A stretch of 64,000 nucleotides of DNA from the human T2T-CHM13v2.0 reference genome, Homo sapiens: NCBI RefSeq assembly GCF_009914755.1, contig NC_060933.1, one strand, 5' to 3'. A model generated the notes under the pieces. That model was given only the letters and a program-made list of their open reading frames with translations, was not told the origin of the DNA and searched no databases. How positions within the stretch are numbered: the first letter of the stretch is position 1; every line of letters starts with the position of its first letter. A program made the position numbers and the translations under genes. Of the stretch, positions 13,973 through 27,099 are shown piece by piece.

Positions 13973-14593
13973 TTCTTTTTTTTAAAGTTCTGGGGTACAT
14001 GTGCAGGATGTATAGGTTTGTTATATAGGTAAATGTGTGCCATGGTGGTTTGCTGCACCTATCAACCCATCACCTAGGTATTAAACCTGTCATGCATTAG
14101 CTATTTTTCCTGATGCTCTGCCCCCCAACAGGCCCTGTGTGTGTTGTTCCGCTCAACATCACTGATCATTAGAGGATTGCAAGTCAAAACCACAATGAGA
14201 TACCTTCTCACACCAGTCAGAATGGCGATCATTAGAAAGTCAAGAAACAACAGATGCTGGTGAAGTTGCAGAGAAATAGGAACACTTTTACAATGTTGTT
14301 AGGAGTGTAAATTAGTTCAACCATTGTGGAAGGCAGTGTGGCGATTCCTCAAAGATTTAGAACCAGAAATACCATTTGACCCAACAATCCCATTACTGGG
14401 TATCTACCCAAAGGAATATACATCATTCTATTATAAAGATACATGCACATGTATGTTCACTGCAACACTGTTCACAATAGCAAAGACATAGAATCAACCC
14501 AAATGCCCATCAGTGATAGACTGGATAAAGAAAATGTGGTACATATGCACAATGGAATACTATGCAGCCATAAAAAAGGAACAAGATCATGTT
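13973..14593 (-). mobile_element. 5'-truncated, 5'-inverted L1PA
   Basis: Antisense L1PA 3' end (13973-14154) joined to sense L1 ORF2-end/3'UTR sequence (14151-14593). Confidence 0.85.
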
Positions 14594-14599
14594 CAAAAA

Positions 14600-15490
14600 T
14601 ATAGGCACTGCGGTGAGACCCACATAGGCTGGGGTGGATCAGCCCCTGCCTACCTGGCAATGAAGACCCAATGACTCGTGGTAGGTAGAGCACAGACAGC
14701 GCTGCATAGGAAATGGTGCAGGCATTAAAGCTTCCATTGGTGGTGTCCTGGAGAGAGGAAGTGCATTAACTCGTGTGATATGCCAAGGGTTTGGGAAAAG
14801 TGGGGGAAATACTAACCATAACGAAAAGGGGATTGGTTGGCTATTGCTAAACTTGATTGACCTTTGGGAAAGAAAATAAAAAAGCTGGGATAATCAATTA
14901 GCAACTAACAGCTAAGAATGAATGCAGAAGCCTTCTTTGGTCATGAATAGAGAAATTCTCACCTCCTGCACTGAAAAGGAAGGGAGGGTTGAGTGCCAGG
15001 GTCAGACCTCCCTTGAGAGTGGCAGAGCTCCAAATGAGGTGGATTCCCACCAAGGTGACACTGTTATGTCAAGGTGAGGCCATGGCTGGGAAAGAACGGG
15101 ACCCAGCATAGAGGATGGGGACATCTGGATTAATGCTTCCTAAAATATCAAATCTCCAGATTCCCCTGAACCTCTGAGCTTGCACACAGGAACCTCGGTC
15201 CTGCCTACCCTTTGTTGAAGATGACTTAGGGTCCTCTCCTCCCGATACCTGTGCCTTCCTCAGGATCTGCCTCTACCTCCCTTCCTGGATACCAGACCAG
15301 TAAGTAGGTTAAATCACAACACAAACCAGCCTGGAACTGTTGGGCCTGAAAGGGGAGGAAGGCAACTGTACCCTAAAGAAACCAGAGGATCTAGCAGCAG
15401 ATGCTGCCTGGAGCTATAAGAATGCACCTATATAAGGAATTGGAGGGTGCTTGGTCAAGGGAGCCAGAGCAGAAGGTTGAATAAGAGACG
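14600..15490 (+). mobile_element. ERV-L-class internal (gag-region) remnant
   Basis: Motifs ggttggctattgctaa, aggtgaggccatggctgggaaagaacgggaccc, gatggggacatctgg. Confidence 0.6.
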
Positions 15491-15499
15491 GTTATTTGA

Positions 15500-15715
15500 G
15501 TTAGTTATTTCCCCAATAACTCTCTTTTTATGTCTAATCTCTTGGCATCTGCTTCTTAGAAGACCCAAACTCAACACAGAACTGCGTCAAAGTTCCACTT
15601 CTTCCTCTGCCACCCATGCTGGTCCCCTCCCCTTCCATGGTTGTTAATCCCAAGAGCACTCCTCCTAAGTCTTGAAGCTCATCTCCATCCTGGGTCTATT
15701 TCCTGGGGAGCCAGC
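15500..15715 (+). mobile_element. ERV-L LTR 3' fragments (LTR16/LTR33-like)
   Basis: ggcatctgcttcttagaagacccaaactcaacaca; atcccaagagcactcc..tatttcctggggagcc. Confidence 0.5.
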
Positions 15716-16595
15716 ATCGGACGGCTGCACTGCAAAGGCCTTTGTTTCTGTACTGTCTGGACTGTCTCCATCCTGCTTTCTCATTCTTTCCTAAGCTTTC
15801 ACAGCTTACTTTAAATCTTCTTCTGTTATATTATTGTCTCTTCTTTGATGTCTTACAGATCTCCTCTGAGTTCTTACTTCACTGTGATTATGCTTCCTTT
15901 GATTTCCGTGAGTTCATGGAGAAATGTTAATTCACATTTTCTTTTACTTCTGATGTATATTATTCCTCTGTCTTTGTTTGTTGTCATTGTTCTCTTTTTG
16001 GGGAATTATTGTTCATGTTAATGAGGATTTGCTAAGAGCTGTGTGGGGAAGGGACAGATTGAGGTGGGGCGGTCTCCTGAACTCAGGGGTTCTGGAAGGA
16101 CTTTCTCATGGATGCAGTGTCCTCTGTGCAAGGACCCAGTGTCTGCTCACTAATCTCAATGGGCCATTCCAAGGAAAGCAGGCCCATGTGGTTTGTAGCA
16201 AAGCCTGGATGTTCGAGTATATTTGGGGTAATAGAGCAGCTCATACTAAGCTGACTGCCACATGCTTTGCAGAAATTCTAGGCATCTTGATGATCTCCCC
16301 CCCGCCTGGCTCATCCAAAATGCCAGGTGTGGACACCCTAGCCAGGACCCTTGATTGCACCCCTTAGGGCTGTGCTACCCTTTTATGGGAAACTGTCAGC
16401 TGGAAATGACCTGTGGGGTTGCATATGCTTCTTGGTGTTATGTCCCAGTGTGATCCAAAATGTATTGTCTTTTGCAGTTATTATTTTTAACCTATGGTTT
16501 TGCATGTATTTTCAAGGAAATTGGTTTCTTCTCTATTGCTCATTCTTTTTGTCATTTTCAGTTGGCCATTGGGGAAGGAAGTGAATCTGGATTAG

Positions 16596-16961
<366 letters not shown>

Positions 16962-18141
16962 TAGCTGTATATTTAAAATATGTTAATTAGTAAGATATTA
17001 GCAACCCAAATCACAAGAGATACAGAATAAAGAGAAAGGTACTGAAAGCATGAAAAAAAGGTACTTAAAGCATTTAAACACAGACATCATTTTTTAAATC
17101 ATGAGTTAGAAAATTAGATATGAAAAAGAAAAAAAGGTTAGTTTGGGATTGCTTCAGAGACACAAAACTAGTTAAAAACACACTGGTCCCAGCTATGTTC
17201 ATAGTGTTCTCCATTGCTCATAAAAACTGCCTTCAAGAAGTGGTGATGATGTAGTTCTGGGGGAGAAGCAGCCGATGCAATGGTAAGCAGACTCCCCCAC
17301 GTATGAAGTCATCTGCATTGCGTGGCTGGATGAACATCTGCCACATAAACTCTGCGTTGGTTGCAGTGTGCCACAAAAACATTCTTTGTTTCTCTCTGAC
17401 CCCAGCTCTCATTTTGTGAGGTGAAGATTGGTTGACATAATGAGAACTTTCTGAAGTCATTTCACTGAGGACATTTAATACAACTTCTTTGCAAGCGATG
17501 TCATAGACTTCAGTGTCTTTGTCTGGCATGTGCTGTTGCTGCAACATGATTCACAGTGGATGGCGGGGGAGGAGCTGCAGGCGGCAGAGAGTAATCAAGC
17601 ACTCATTTACGCGCCTCCTTCCTTTCGTCTTATCAAGCAGCTAAATGCCAGCTCAGAATCAGCCCACGCCACAGTCGTTTTCTGGACTTTCACTATTAAA
17701 ATGTCCACTTACATAGGAAGAAAAAAGACAGTGACTCAAATCAGACTCAATGCCTGGTTTATAAATTAAGAAACAGCTATTTTGGCCCCCCAAAAGAAAA
17801 CTACTTCTCTTTTCTCTTTTTTCAGAAATGCAAACTATGAGTTTTATGAAAACTACAATTTCATTTTATGAAAGGGTAGTCAATTCCATTACGTCTTTCA
17901 AACCCATTGGCAAAACGTGTAAAAAGAATTGGGGTTAAAGTGGGAAAAATCTTACCCAGTTCTGGATTTTAAAGCAATCACAAATTAGTACAATGTGAAC
18001 TAAAGAAGAGCCCAAAGCTTTTGGTTCTAAGGAATTAGAGAATCTTTCTGTTTCCACTAAAGTGAAAGCATGTTCCAATGATGAACCTCCAGCTGCATAG
18101 GTGACAGTCTTTCCTTATTCAATCCCTGAATTTACCTTACA

Positions 18142-18863
<722 letters not shown>

Positions 18864-19029
18864 CCTATTTCTATGGAAATATGGCATGGCTTTATTCAAT
18901 CCTCTCTTATCACTTAATTAAATCATGGATATCCCAAAAATTGAAGTATAAAACTTAAATCAAGTATTTCCTAGAATTTGCCGATTTAACGTTGAAAATT
19001 TTCTTTTGCCAAGTGCATGTAAAAACCAG

Positions 19030-19200
19030 CCTGGGATGATATTGTGCCAGTGTCAGTTTCCTGGTTTGATCATGTACTCGAGTTATGCAAGTTGCCGCCA
19101 TTGGAGGACGCTGGGAAAGTGTACCCAGGCCTTTTCTGTTCTGCTTTTTGATCTTCTTATGAGTCTATACTCATTTCAAAATAAGAAGTTAAAATAAAAC
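19030..19200 (+). mobile_element. L1MD/ME 3'-end fragment
   Basis: gtcagtttcctggtttgatcatgtact..ccattggagga..atttcaaaataagaagttaaaa. Confidence 0.6.
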
Positions 19201-19547
19201 CCTTTTCTTTGGCCTGTCTTTTGTTTCTTCACCTTTTATATTGGACAATGATTGATTGCTGGTAGCTTCAGAGTTGAGCTGTGAAAAATGAAACAGTTCA
19301 TTTGCTTTTCAAGAAAAAATTATTCACACCAGTGGTTTATAAAGTGCTAGAAGATTTCATATTCAAGTTTCCCAGAAACAAAAGTAGAGAGTGAACAGAT
19401 AGAGGATGCTGGCTGCTGTGCAAGCACGTGCCAGGCATGGGGCACAATGTGCCCACTCTGCGCTCTTACCAGCTCTGATAGTGTGGTGGTTAATCAGGCT
19501 GTTGTTCAAAGCTGGAAGCTGGTGAGGAAGAAGGAAGCAAGTCCCAC

Positions 19548-20019
19548 TGAGAGGTGAAGCCAGCTGGACTTCCTGGGTGGAGTGGGGACTTGGAGATCTT
19601 TTCTGTCTTACAAGAGGATTGTAAAATGCACCAATCTGCACTCTGTAAAAATGCACCAATCAGCGCTCTGTAGCTAGCTAGAGGTTTGTAAAATGCACCA
19701 ATCAGCGTTCTGTAAAATGGACCAATCAGCACTCTGTAAAATGGACCAATCAGCACTGTGTAAAATGGACAAGTCAGCAGGACATGGGCAGGGACAAATA
19801 AGGGAATAAAAGCTGGCCACCCCAGCCAGCAGCAACCAGCTGCGGGACCGTTCAGTTCCTCTTCCACTGGTTGTGGAAGCTTTGTTCTTTTGCTCTTCAC
19901 AATAAATCTTGCTGCTGCTCACTCTTTGGGTCTGTGCCATCTTTAAAAGCTGTAACACTTACTATGAAGGTCCACGGCTGAGACCATGAACCCACCAGGA
20001 AGGAACCAACTCCGGACCA
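19548..20019 (+). mobile_element. LTR12-family (ERV9; LTR12F-like) solo LTR
   Basis: Starts tgagaggtgaagccagctggacttcctggg; tandem caccaatcagcRctctgtaaaa units; AATAAA; ends aactccggacca; TSD CCAC at 19544-19547 and 20020-20023. Confidence 0.92.
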
Positions 20020-20437
20020 CCACTTCAAGGTGTCCAGGCCTTCCTGTCTAGGATGACAAGCGCCCTTCCTGGGAGTGACAGTGAAAAGGCCTAGGGAGAT
20101 GATCATCAGAGCCTTCAGGGGGAGAGGTGTTTCTTTCCTACACCAGATACTAGCTAGATAACAAAAGAAATTCTAGTACTGCCAGTTCCCAAGAGCACAA
20201 TAAATCAAACAGTGGTATTCCTGAACTTTACAGGGGTCAGGTATACATGAAAATAATTTATTGTCCCTTTTCTTTTTGCCTTCCAACTTTGCCTGTGTTC
20301 ATCCAAGAAGCCCAGTGTCTGTGTGACCCCTTAGAATTTAGACAGACAGACGTATTTGGAGAGATCCTTGCATCCTAGGCACCAGGTGCCATTAAGTAAC
20401 TCAATGTTTCTTTTCATGGTACATTTTCAGTTACTAT

Positions 20438-20800
20438 GTTCATTCATTCAACAAGTATTTGCCATATTCCAGGCACAGTTTTGGGTTTTCAGCACCTGGG
20501 ATACATCAGTGAACAAAACTGACAAAGAATCCTGCCCTTTGGAGCATATATTCAAGTAGAGAGAAACAAACAAAAATAGTAAGCTTAAGAAATAAGAATT
20601 ACAGTTTAATACAAGATAGAAAGAGAAGGGAATATTGAAAAGACAAGATTTGAACAGACTTTAAAGATGGTGAATGAGTGAATGTGAGTATCTAGGAGGC
20701 ACAGGGCAAATAGAAAAGCCAGCGGAATGGCCTGCAGAAGGGAGCGTGTTCAAGAAAGAGCAGAGACTCAGGATCTGAAGCCTGCGAGAGGGGATGGGAT
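20438..20800 (-). mobile_element. L2 3'-end fragment
   Basis: ttcattcattcaacaagtattt..ccaggcac..gggatacatcagtgaacaaaac. Confidence 0.7.
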
Positions 20801-20839
20801 CCTTTGCGTAAGTGGAAAAACTGGTTCTAGGTAGAAGCA

Positions 20840-20905
20840 CTAGTTCTCAAGCTTTAAGGCACATCAGAAAAACATGGGGGGCTTGTTAAAGTACAGATTC
20901 CTGGG
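20840..20905. mobile_element. MER5 fragment
   Basis: gttctcaagcttt..catcagaa..gggcttgttaaagtacagattcctggg. Confidence 0.6.
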
Positions 20906-21750
20906 GGCAGCGCTTCCACAGTGCTGGGGTCAGGAGCTTAGCAAGTCCTTTCTCTGAGAAGAAACAATGCAACTGAAAAAAAATTATTTAAAAAAACCCA
21001 CCATTTCAAGACTCTAAGAATCAACCAAAGGCATTCCACAAATTAAGAAAGGTTGAGTGAGAAAACTGCGGGATCTCAGGTAGTTGTGGCTCTTTTTTGG
21101 GGGCTGGTTCCACCCCCACTGCCTGCTCTGTCAGTGAAGTATTTCATCAGGGAATGAAAACCATAAGCTTTGCTACCAGAGGGTGATAACTTGATTTGGA
21201 GTGGAGAGTAGGAAGAACTCCATTCTCCTGGATGTTATTGGAAACAATAGTAAGCCCAGTGGCAAAGGAACAGGGAAGAAGAACACTGCAGTCAGCCCGA
21301 GGCTTGATTCCGGTAGAGACCAGCTGACCTGCAGGCTAGCCAGAAATTTAACCAGGAAATCAAGGGAATGAGACAGCCATAGTGGACCTTGGTAAGCTCC
21401 CACATTTCTGTCGGTTTAAGGCTGTGCATACGTGCAAGGCTGTGTGCACATTCAGAAGAGACCAGAGAGGACCCCAGCAATCCACACATCTCTGGCTTAA
21501 CCTGAGGCTATACATACCCAGAAAGAGGTACAACAGGGCTGGGTGAAAAGTAAGAGCCGGGACAAATTGATAAATGAGCTGAACTTTAAATGAGTTTCCC
21601 AGCCACAAACAGAGCTATTGGCACAGAAAAGAAGCCTTAGTCGTTTAAGGTGTTTGATCATAATCCCTGACCATCACTGGCTAACTTGTCAGGCATACTG
21701 ATACAAAGTGACCCATGGATGCCAGCCATATAAGTGAAAAGAATAAAAAT

Positions 21751-21966
21751 AGAAGGAAAGAAGGAAGGGAGGAAGGAAGGAAGGAAAAAAACAGGAGGGA
21801 GGGAGGAAGGACAGAAGGAAGGATGGAAGGAAGAAAGGAAAGAAGGAGAAAGGAAAGGAAGAAAAGAAAGGAAGAAAGGAAAGAAGAAAGAAAGGGAAGG
21901 AAGGAGAGGAAGGAAGGGAGAAAAGAAAGAAAGAGAAAGAAAGGAAAGAAAGAGAAACAAAAGAAA
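21751..21966 (+). repeat. (GA/GGAA/GAAA)-rich polypurine tract
   Basis: About 215 bp almost entirely purine. Confidence 0.95.
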
Positions 21967-22342
21967 TAGGGACATCAACAAAGATACACCACAGAATTAG
22001 TTTAGGCAAATTATCAAAACAGACAAGCAAAAAAAGAGTAACAACAACAACCCTTGAGGTGGCGTGGGGGAGAATCAAAATTTCTATAATATATTATCTA
22101 AGATGTTTAGTTTTCAATAAAAACTTAGGAGACATACTTTAAAAAGCAGGAAAGTGTGACTTCCATGCAGGAAAATGAGCAATTCATAGAAACTGCCTCT
22201 AATGAGGCCCAGATGCTGAACTTCACAGACAAGGAATGTGAGAAGCTATAAACAGAAAAAATGGGATCAGAGACCCATAAACAGAAAAAATGAAGAGAGC
22301 TTCAGAGACCCTTGGGACACAAGAAATGCATGCACTTGTGCG

Positions 22343-22592
22343 CTCTCTCTCTTTTTCATTTTTATTCTTCTAATTTATATGGCTGGCTTTCTATGGGTCA
22401 CTTTGTATCAGTATACCTTAGTTGTTAGCCAGTGATGGTCAGGGGTTATGATCAAACACCTTAAATGAGTAAGGCTTCCTTTCTTTGCCAATAGGTCTGT
22501 CTGTGGGCTAGGGAACTCATTTCAAGTTCTGCTCATTTACAAATTTGTCCTGGCTCTTACTTTCCACCCAACCCTCTCATGTCCCTTCTTGA
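22343..22592 (-). repeat. Inverted dispersed copy of about 21520-21760
   Basis: Its reverse complement matches aaagtaagagcc..tttaaggtgtttgatcataa..ctgaccatcactggctaac..atactgatacaaagtgacccat..gccagccatataa..aagaataaaaat (~80-85% by eye). Confidence 0.92.
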
Positions 22593-24647
22593 GTGTAATG
22601 GAACTCCCTAGAAAGAGAGGAGAGAGAGAAAGGGGAAGAAAAAATATTTGAAGAAAGACCAAAAAAATTCCAAAATTGGAATTTAAAAAGTATAATCTAC
22701 AGATTCAAGAAGCTCAACTCCAAGTAGAATGAACACAAAGAGACTCATACCTAAATATTTCATGGTCAGACTATTGAAAGACCCAAAAATGTCTTGAAAG
22801 CAACAAGAGAAAAATGATTAATCATAAAAAGCTGACTCAAATAATAAAGGTCACAAGGCAGTGGAACAGTATACTTAAAATGCTGAAAGAAAGAAGGAAA
22901 AAAACCCCACCTATTAAGAAGTCAATATCCAGAAAAATTGTCCTTAAAAATTAAGGCAAAATAAAGTCACTCCCAAATGATCAAAGGCTAAGAGAATTCA
23001 TCACTAGCAATCGTGTCTTACAAGAAATATTAAAGAATCCTTCAGGCTGAAAGGGAATAACACTAGACAATAACTAAAATCCACAAACACAAAAAAAAAG
23101 CATGGGGAAAGGTAAATATATTGGAGGTGTGACAGGCAATAAATATTTTTCTCTTTTCTCTTGTGTAATTTAAAATGTGTAAGATTGTATAAAACTATAA
23201 TTATAAAACCATATTGTCGAGCTTATAGAAAAATGTCATTTGTATGACAATACCACAAAGAAATTATATTGGAGCAAAGTTTATTTTATGAATGGATATG
23301 ACTCTGGAGTAGATTGTAATTAGTTAAGATACATGTTGCAAAATTGAGAACATCCTCAAAGAAAATAATTTAACAAAAAAGAAAAATAAATGATACACTA
23401 GAAAATATCAATCTAACAAAAAAGAAGACAGTAAAAGAGGAAGCAAAAAAGAGAAATGACCTGAGCCATATAGAAAACAAATGGAAAAAATTGAAGACAT
23501 AATTTTAATTACACTAAAAATTACATTAAATGTGAATGATTTAAATAGTCCAATCAAAAGACAGAGATTATCAGACTACATTTAAAAAAATACAAAGTCC
23601 AACTCTATATTGTTTACAAGAGATATACCATAGATTCAAAAATACAGTTTCAGAGTAAAACAGTGGAAAAGACACATCATGCAAACAGTAAAATATAAGA
23701 GAGCCAGAGTAGCTATACTAAGACAAGATTGATTTTAAGAAAAAAGCGTTATTCGAGACAACAAGGAAAATTTCATAATAATAAAAAGGTCAAGGTACCA
23801 GAAAGAGACACTTTTAACAAGAGTTACAAAATATGTGATGTAAAACCTGACAAAATTTAAAGAAAAAAATTAATGTTTCAACATAGTCCAAGATTTTAAT
23901 AATCCTATCTCAGTAATTGACTTAAAACTATATATGAAATCAGCAATGATATAGAAGACTTCAATAGTACTATCAACCAACTTGTCATAACTGGCATGTA
24001 TAGAACACTTCATCCAACAACATCAGAATACACATTTTTTCAAGTGTGTATGGACCTTCTCCAAGACACACTATGCTAGGCCATAAAATGAATGTCAATA
24101 AATTTAAAAGACTTGAAATAATGTACAGTATGTTCTCCAGCCACAAGACATTAAATTAGAAATCAAGAACGAAAAGAAATTTGGAAAATCCCCCAATATT
24201 TGGATTAAATAGTGCATTTCTAAAATAACTGTGGGTCAAAAAAGAAATCACAGGGGATATTAGAAAATATTTTCAATGAAAATGGAAACACATAAATATG
24301 TGAAGATCTATGGGATTCAAATAAAGCAGAGATTAGAGTGTAATTCATTGTTTTAAGAACCTATATAACAAAAGAAGAAATATCTTAATAACCTAAGCTA
24401 CCACCTTAAGAAACTAAAAAAAGAGCAAATTAAATGCAAAGCTAGCAGAAAAACAAATAATAAAGATAACAGTGAAATATTGTATGATTTTATGTTTGTG
24501 AAATGTCAAGACAAGAGAGGTAGGAAGTCGATTAGTGATTACCTAGGGTGGAAGGGAGGGGGTTTGTGGGCGTTAACAGTAAAAGTACATGAGGGATCTT
24601 TTTAGAGTGATGAAAATGTCTAAAACAGATTTTTAATAATGATTTAC

Positions 24648-25261
24648 TGTATTAGAGCTTTCCAGAGAAACAGAACCCCAGGGAAAATACAGAGACAGAA
24701 ATGCAAAGTGGGGAAGAGATTATTATAAGAAGTTGACTCATGTGATTATGGAGACAGAGAAGTTCCAAGATCTGCCGTTGGCAAGCTAGAGAGTTAATGA
24801 TGTAGTTCTGGTCCAAGTCTGAGGGCTTGAGAACCAGGAAGACTACTGGTATACATTATAGCCTGAAAGCATGCAGGCTCAAGACACAAGAAGAGATAAT
24901 GTTTCAGTTTGAGCCCAAAGGCAGGAAAAGATGAATGTTACAGCTCAGTCAGACAGGCAGCAGTTCTCTTTTACTCAGCCTTTTTATTCTGCTCAGGTCT
25001 TCAATTGATTGGATGGGGCCCACACACATTAGGGTTGCAATCCACTTTACTCAGCCTACTGCCTAAAATGTTAATTAAAAAAAAATCCCACTCTCTTGGA
25101 CACATCCAGAATAATGTTTGACAAAATGACTTGGCACCTCATAGTCCAGTCAAGTTGACACATAAAATTAACCAAAATAAGGATGCCTGCTTCTCCCACT
25201 TCTATTCAACATAAATATTAAAGTTCTAGTTAAACCATTTAGGCAAGAAAAAGGAATCACA
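24648..25261 (-). mobile_element. MLT2 (ERV-L) solo LTR, with its terminus split by an ~83-bp insert
   Basis: tgtattag..ccagagaaacagaacc ... caagttgacacataaaattaacca|insert|tcaca; sits inside an L1ME 3' end (24480-25345). Confidence 0.85.
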
Positions 25262-25447
25262 ATTGCACAACTCAGTAAAAGTACTAAAACCCATTGAATT
25301 GTACACCTGAAATTTGTGATTTATATAATGTGCCTCAACAAAGTTATTAGTACAGTAAAGAGTTAGTTCTTTGGAAAAATCAAATAAATTTACAAATTTG
25401 CAAGATTGACAAGGGAAAAAGAGAGAAGACACAAATTACCAAAATCA

Positions 25448-26234
<787 letters not shown>

Positions 26235-26390
26235 CTCATCCTAGAAAAATCGGGATCATAAGGTAATAGTATATGCTATTTTTTGCTAAAATTTGGACAA
26301 CTTAGATGAAAGCCACAAATGACCAAGACTGACTCAAGAAAAGATAGTAAACGTAAATAATTTATAGAAGTAAAAACTTGTGCTAGCAAC

Positions 26391-26800
26391 TGTGATATTA
26401 TGATACATATATGTTGGTTTGCATTCGTGGTTCCTAGTGCGTAACTCTCATAACCCTTGTTATAATGTCAGGGTGCTTTTGGCCTCATAAGCAGCCTCAG
26501 AAAACAGAATCGCTCTCTCTGACTTTCTCTTGCCCACCTTTCACCTGCCCCTTTTTCTCTTCAAGGCAGAAACCTTCCCCCACCTTTCTGTCTTGGAGCT
26601 GGCCATAAATTCTCTGACCTGCCTTCTGATTGTGGGTCCTAAGACCCCCATCTTAAAAGGATACTGCCCCATACCCAGAAGGAGGGAATGTTACACAGCA
26701 AGGTCAAGAAGAATCTGAACAGATAGGCTTTGTCAGGTTTTCTAATTCAGTCCGTTAGTATTATATCATACCCTTTTTGTCCAATCACATTTCTACACAG
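26391..26800 (+). mobile_element. LTR fragment (MER21/LTR48-group-like)
   Basis: tgtgatattatgata..ggttccta..; aagaagaatctgaacaga; ataccctttttgtccaatcacatttc. Confidence 0.6.
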
Positions 26801-27099
26801 AAGCAGAGAACTTATTTGCAATTTTCTAATCTATCTGCAAGCTGTTCAAGGGACTGGTTTCAGTCTCACCTGACTCAGAGTTCAGATAGGAAAAAGCAGC
26901 ATAGCTCAGATCTCATGCTTGCAAAGGCCACACAAAACAGTGGCAGGTGTCATGGCATGTGAAAGTTGTAGGGGAATTTGCAGACCTATGGATGCCTAAT
27001 TTCTAAGAAATTAGAAGCAGAAGAATACAATGGAATATCTAACGGACATTGAAAAAAAGGCACACACACACACCAGCCCAGATAGGACACATGCCCAGA

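Larger units (their letters stand above)
11900..13975 (-). mobile_element. Ancient antisense L1M fragments, interrupted by a Tc2-type element and an Alu
   Basis: gttccatgtgtgcatgaaaat..; ggtattagtacagctataccaatttt; atctcctactgtggttgtgaatt. Confidence 0.6.
20930..24480 (+). mobile_element. Old L1M: 5' region, ORF1 and ORF2 endonuclease region (decayed)
   Basis: ORF1 motifs (acagattcaagaagctcaa, tacaagaaatattaaag) and the endonuclease start acattaaatgtgaatg..ccaatcaaaagacagagatt at about 23523. Confidence 0.8.

Noticed and set aside
19620-19780. Regularly spaced ~22-24-bp repeats resembling a CRISPR array
   Set aside because: No unique spacers; these are the known LTR12 CCAAT tandem units in eukaryotic DNA.
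21658-22078. K/E/R-rich and F/S/L-rich ORFs
   Set aside because: Translations of the GA-rich low-complexity tract.
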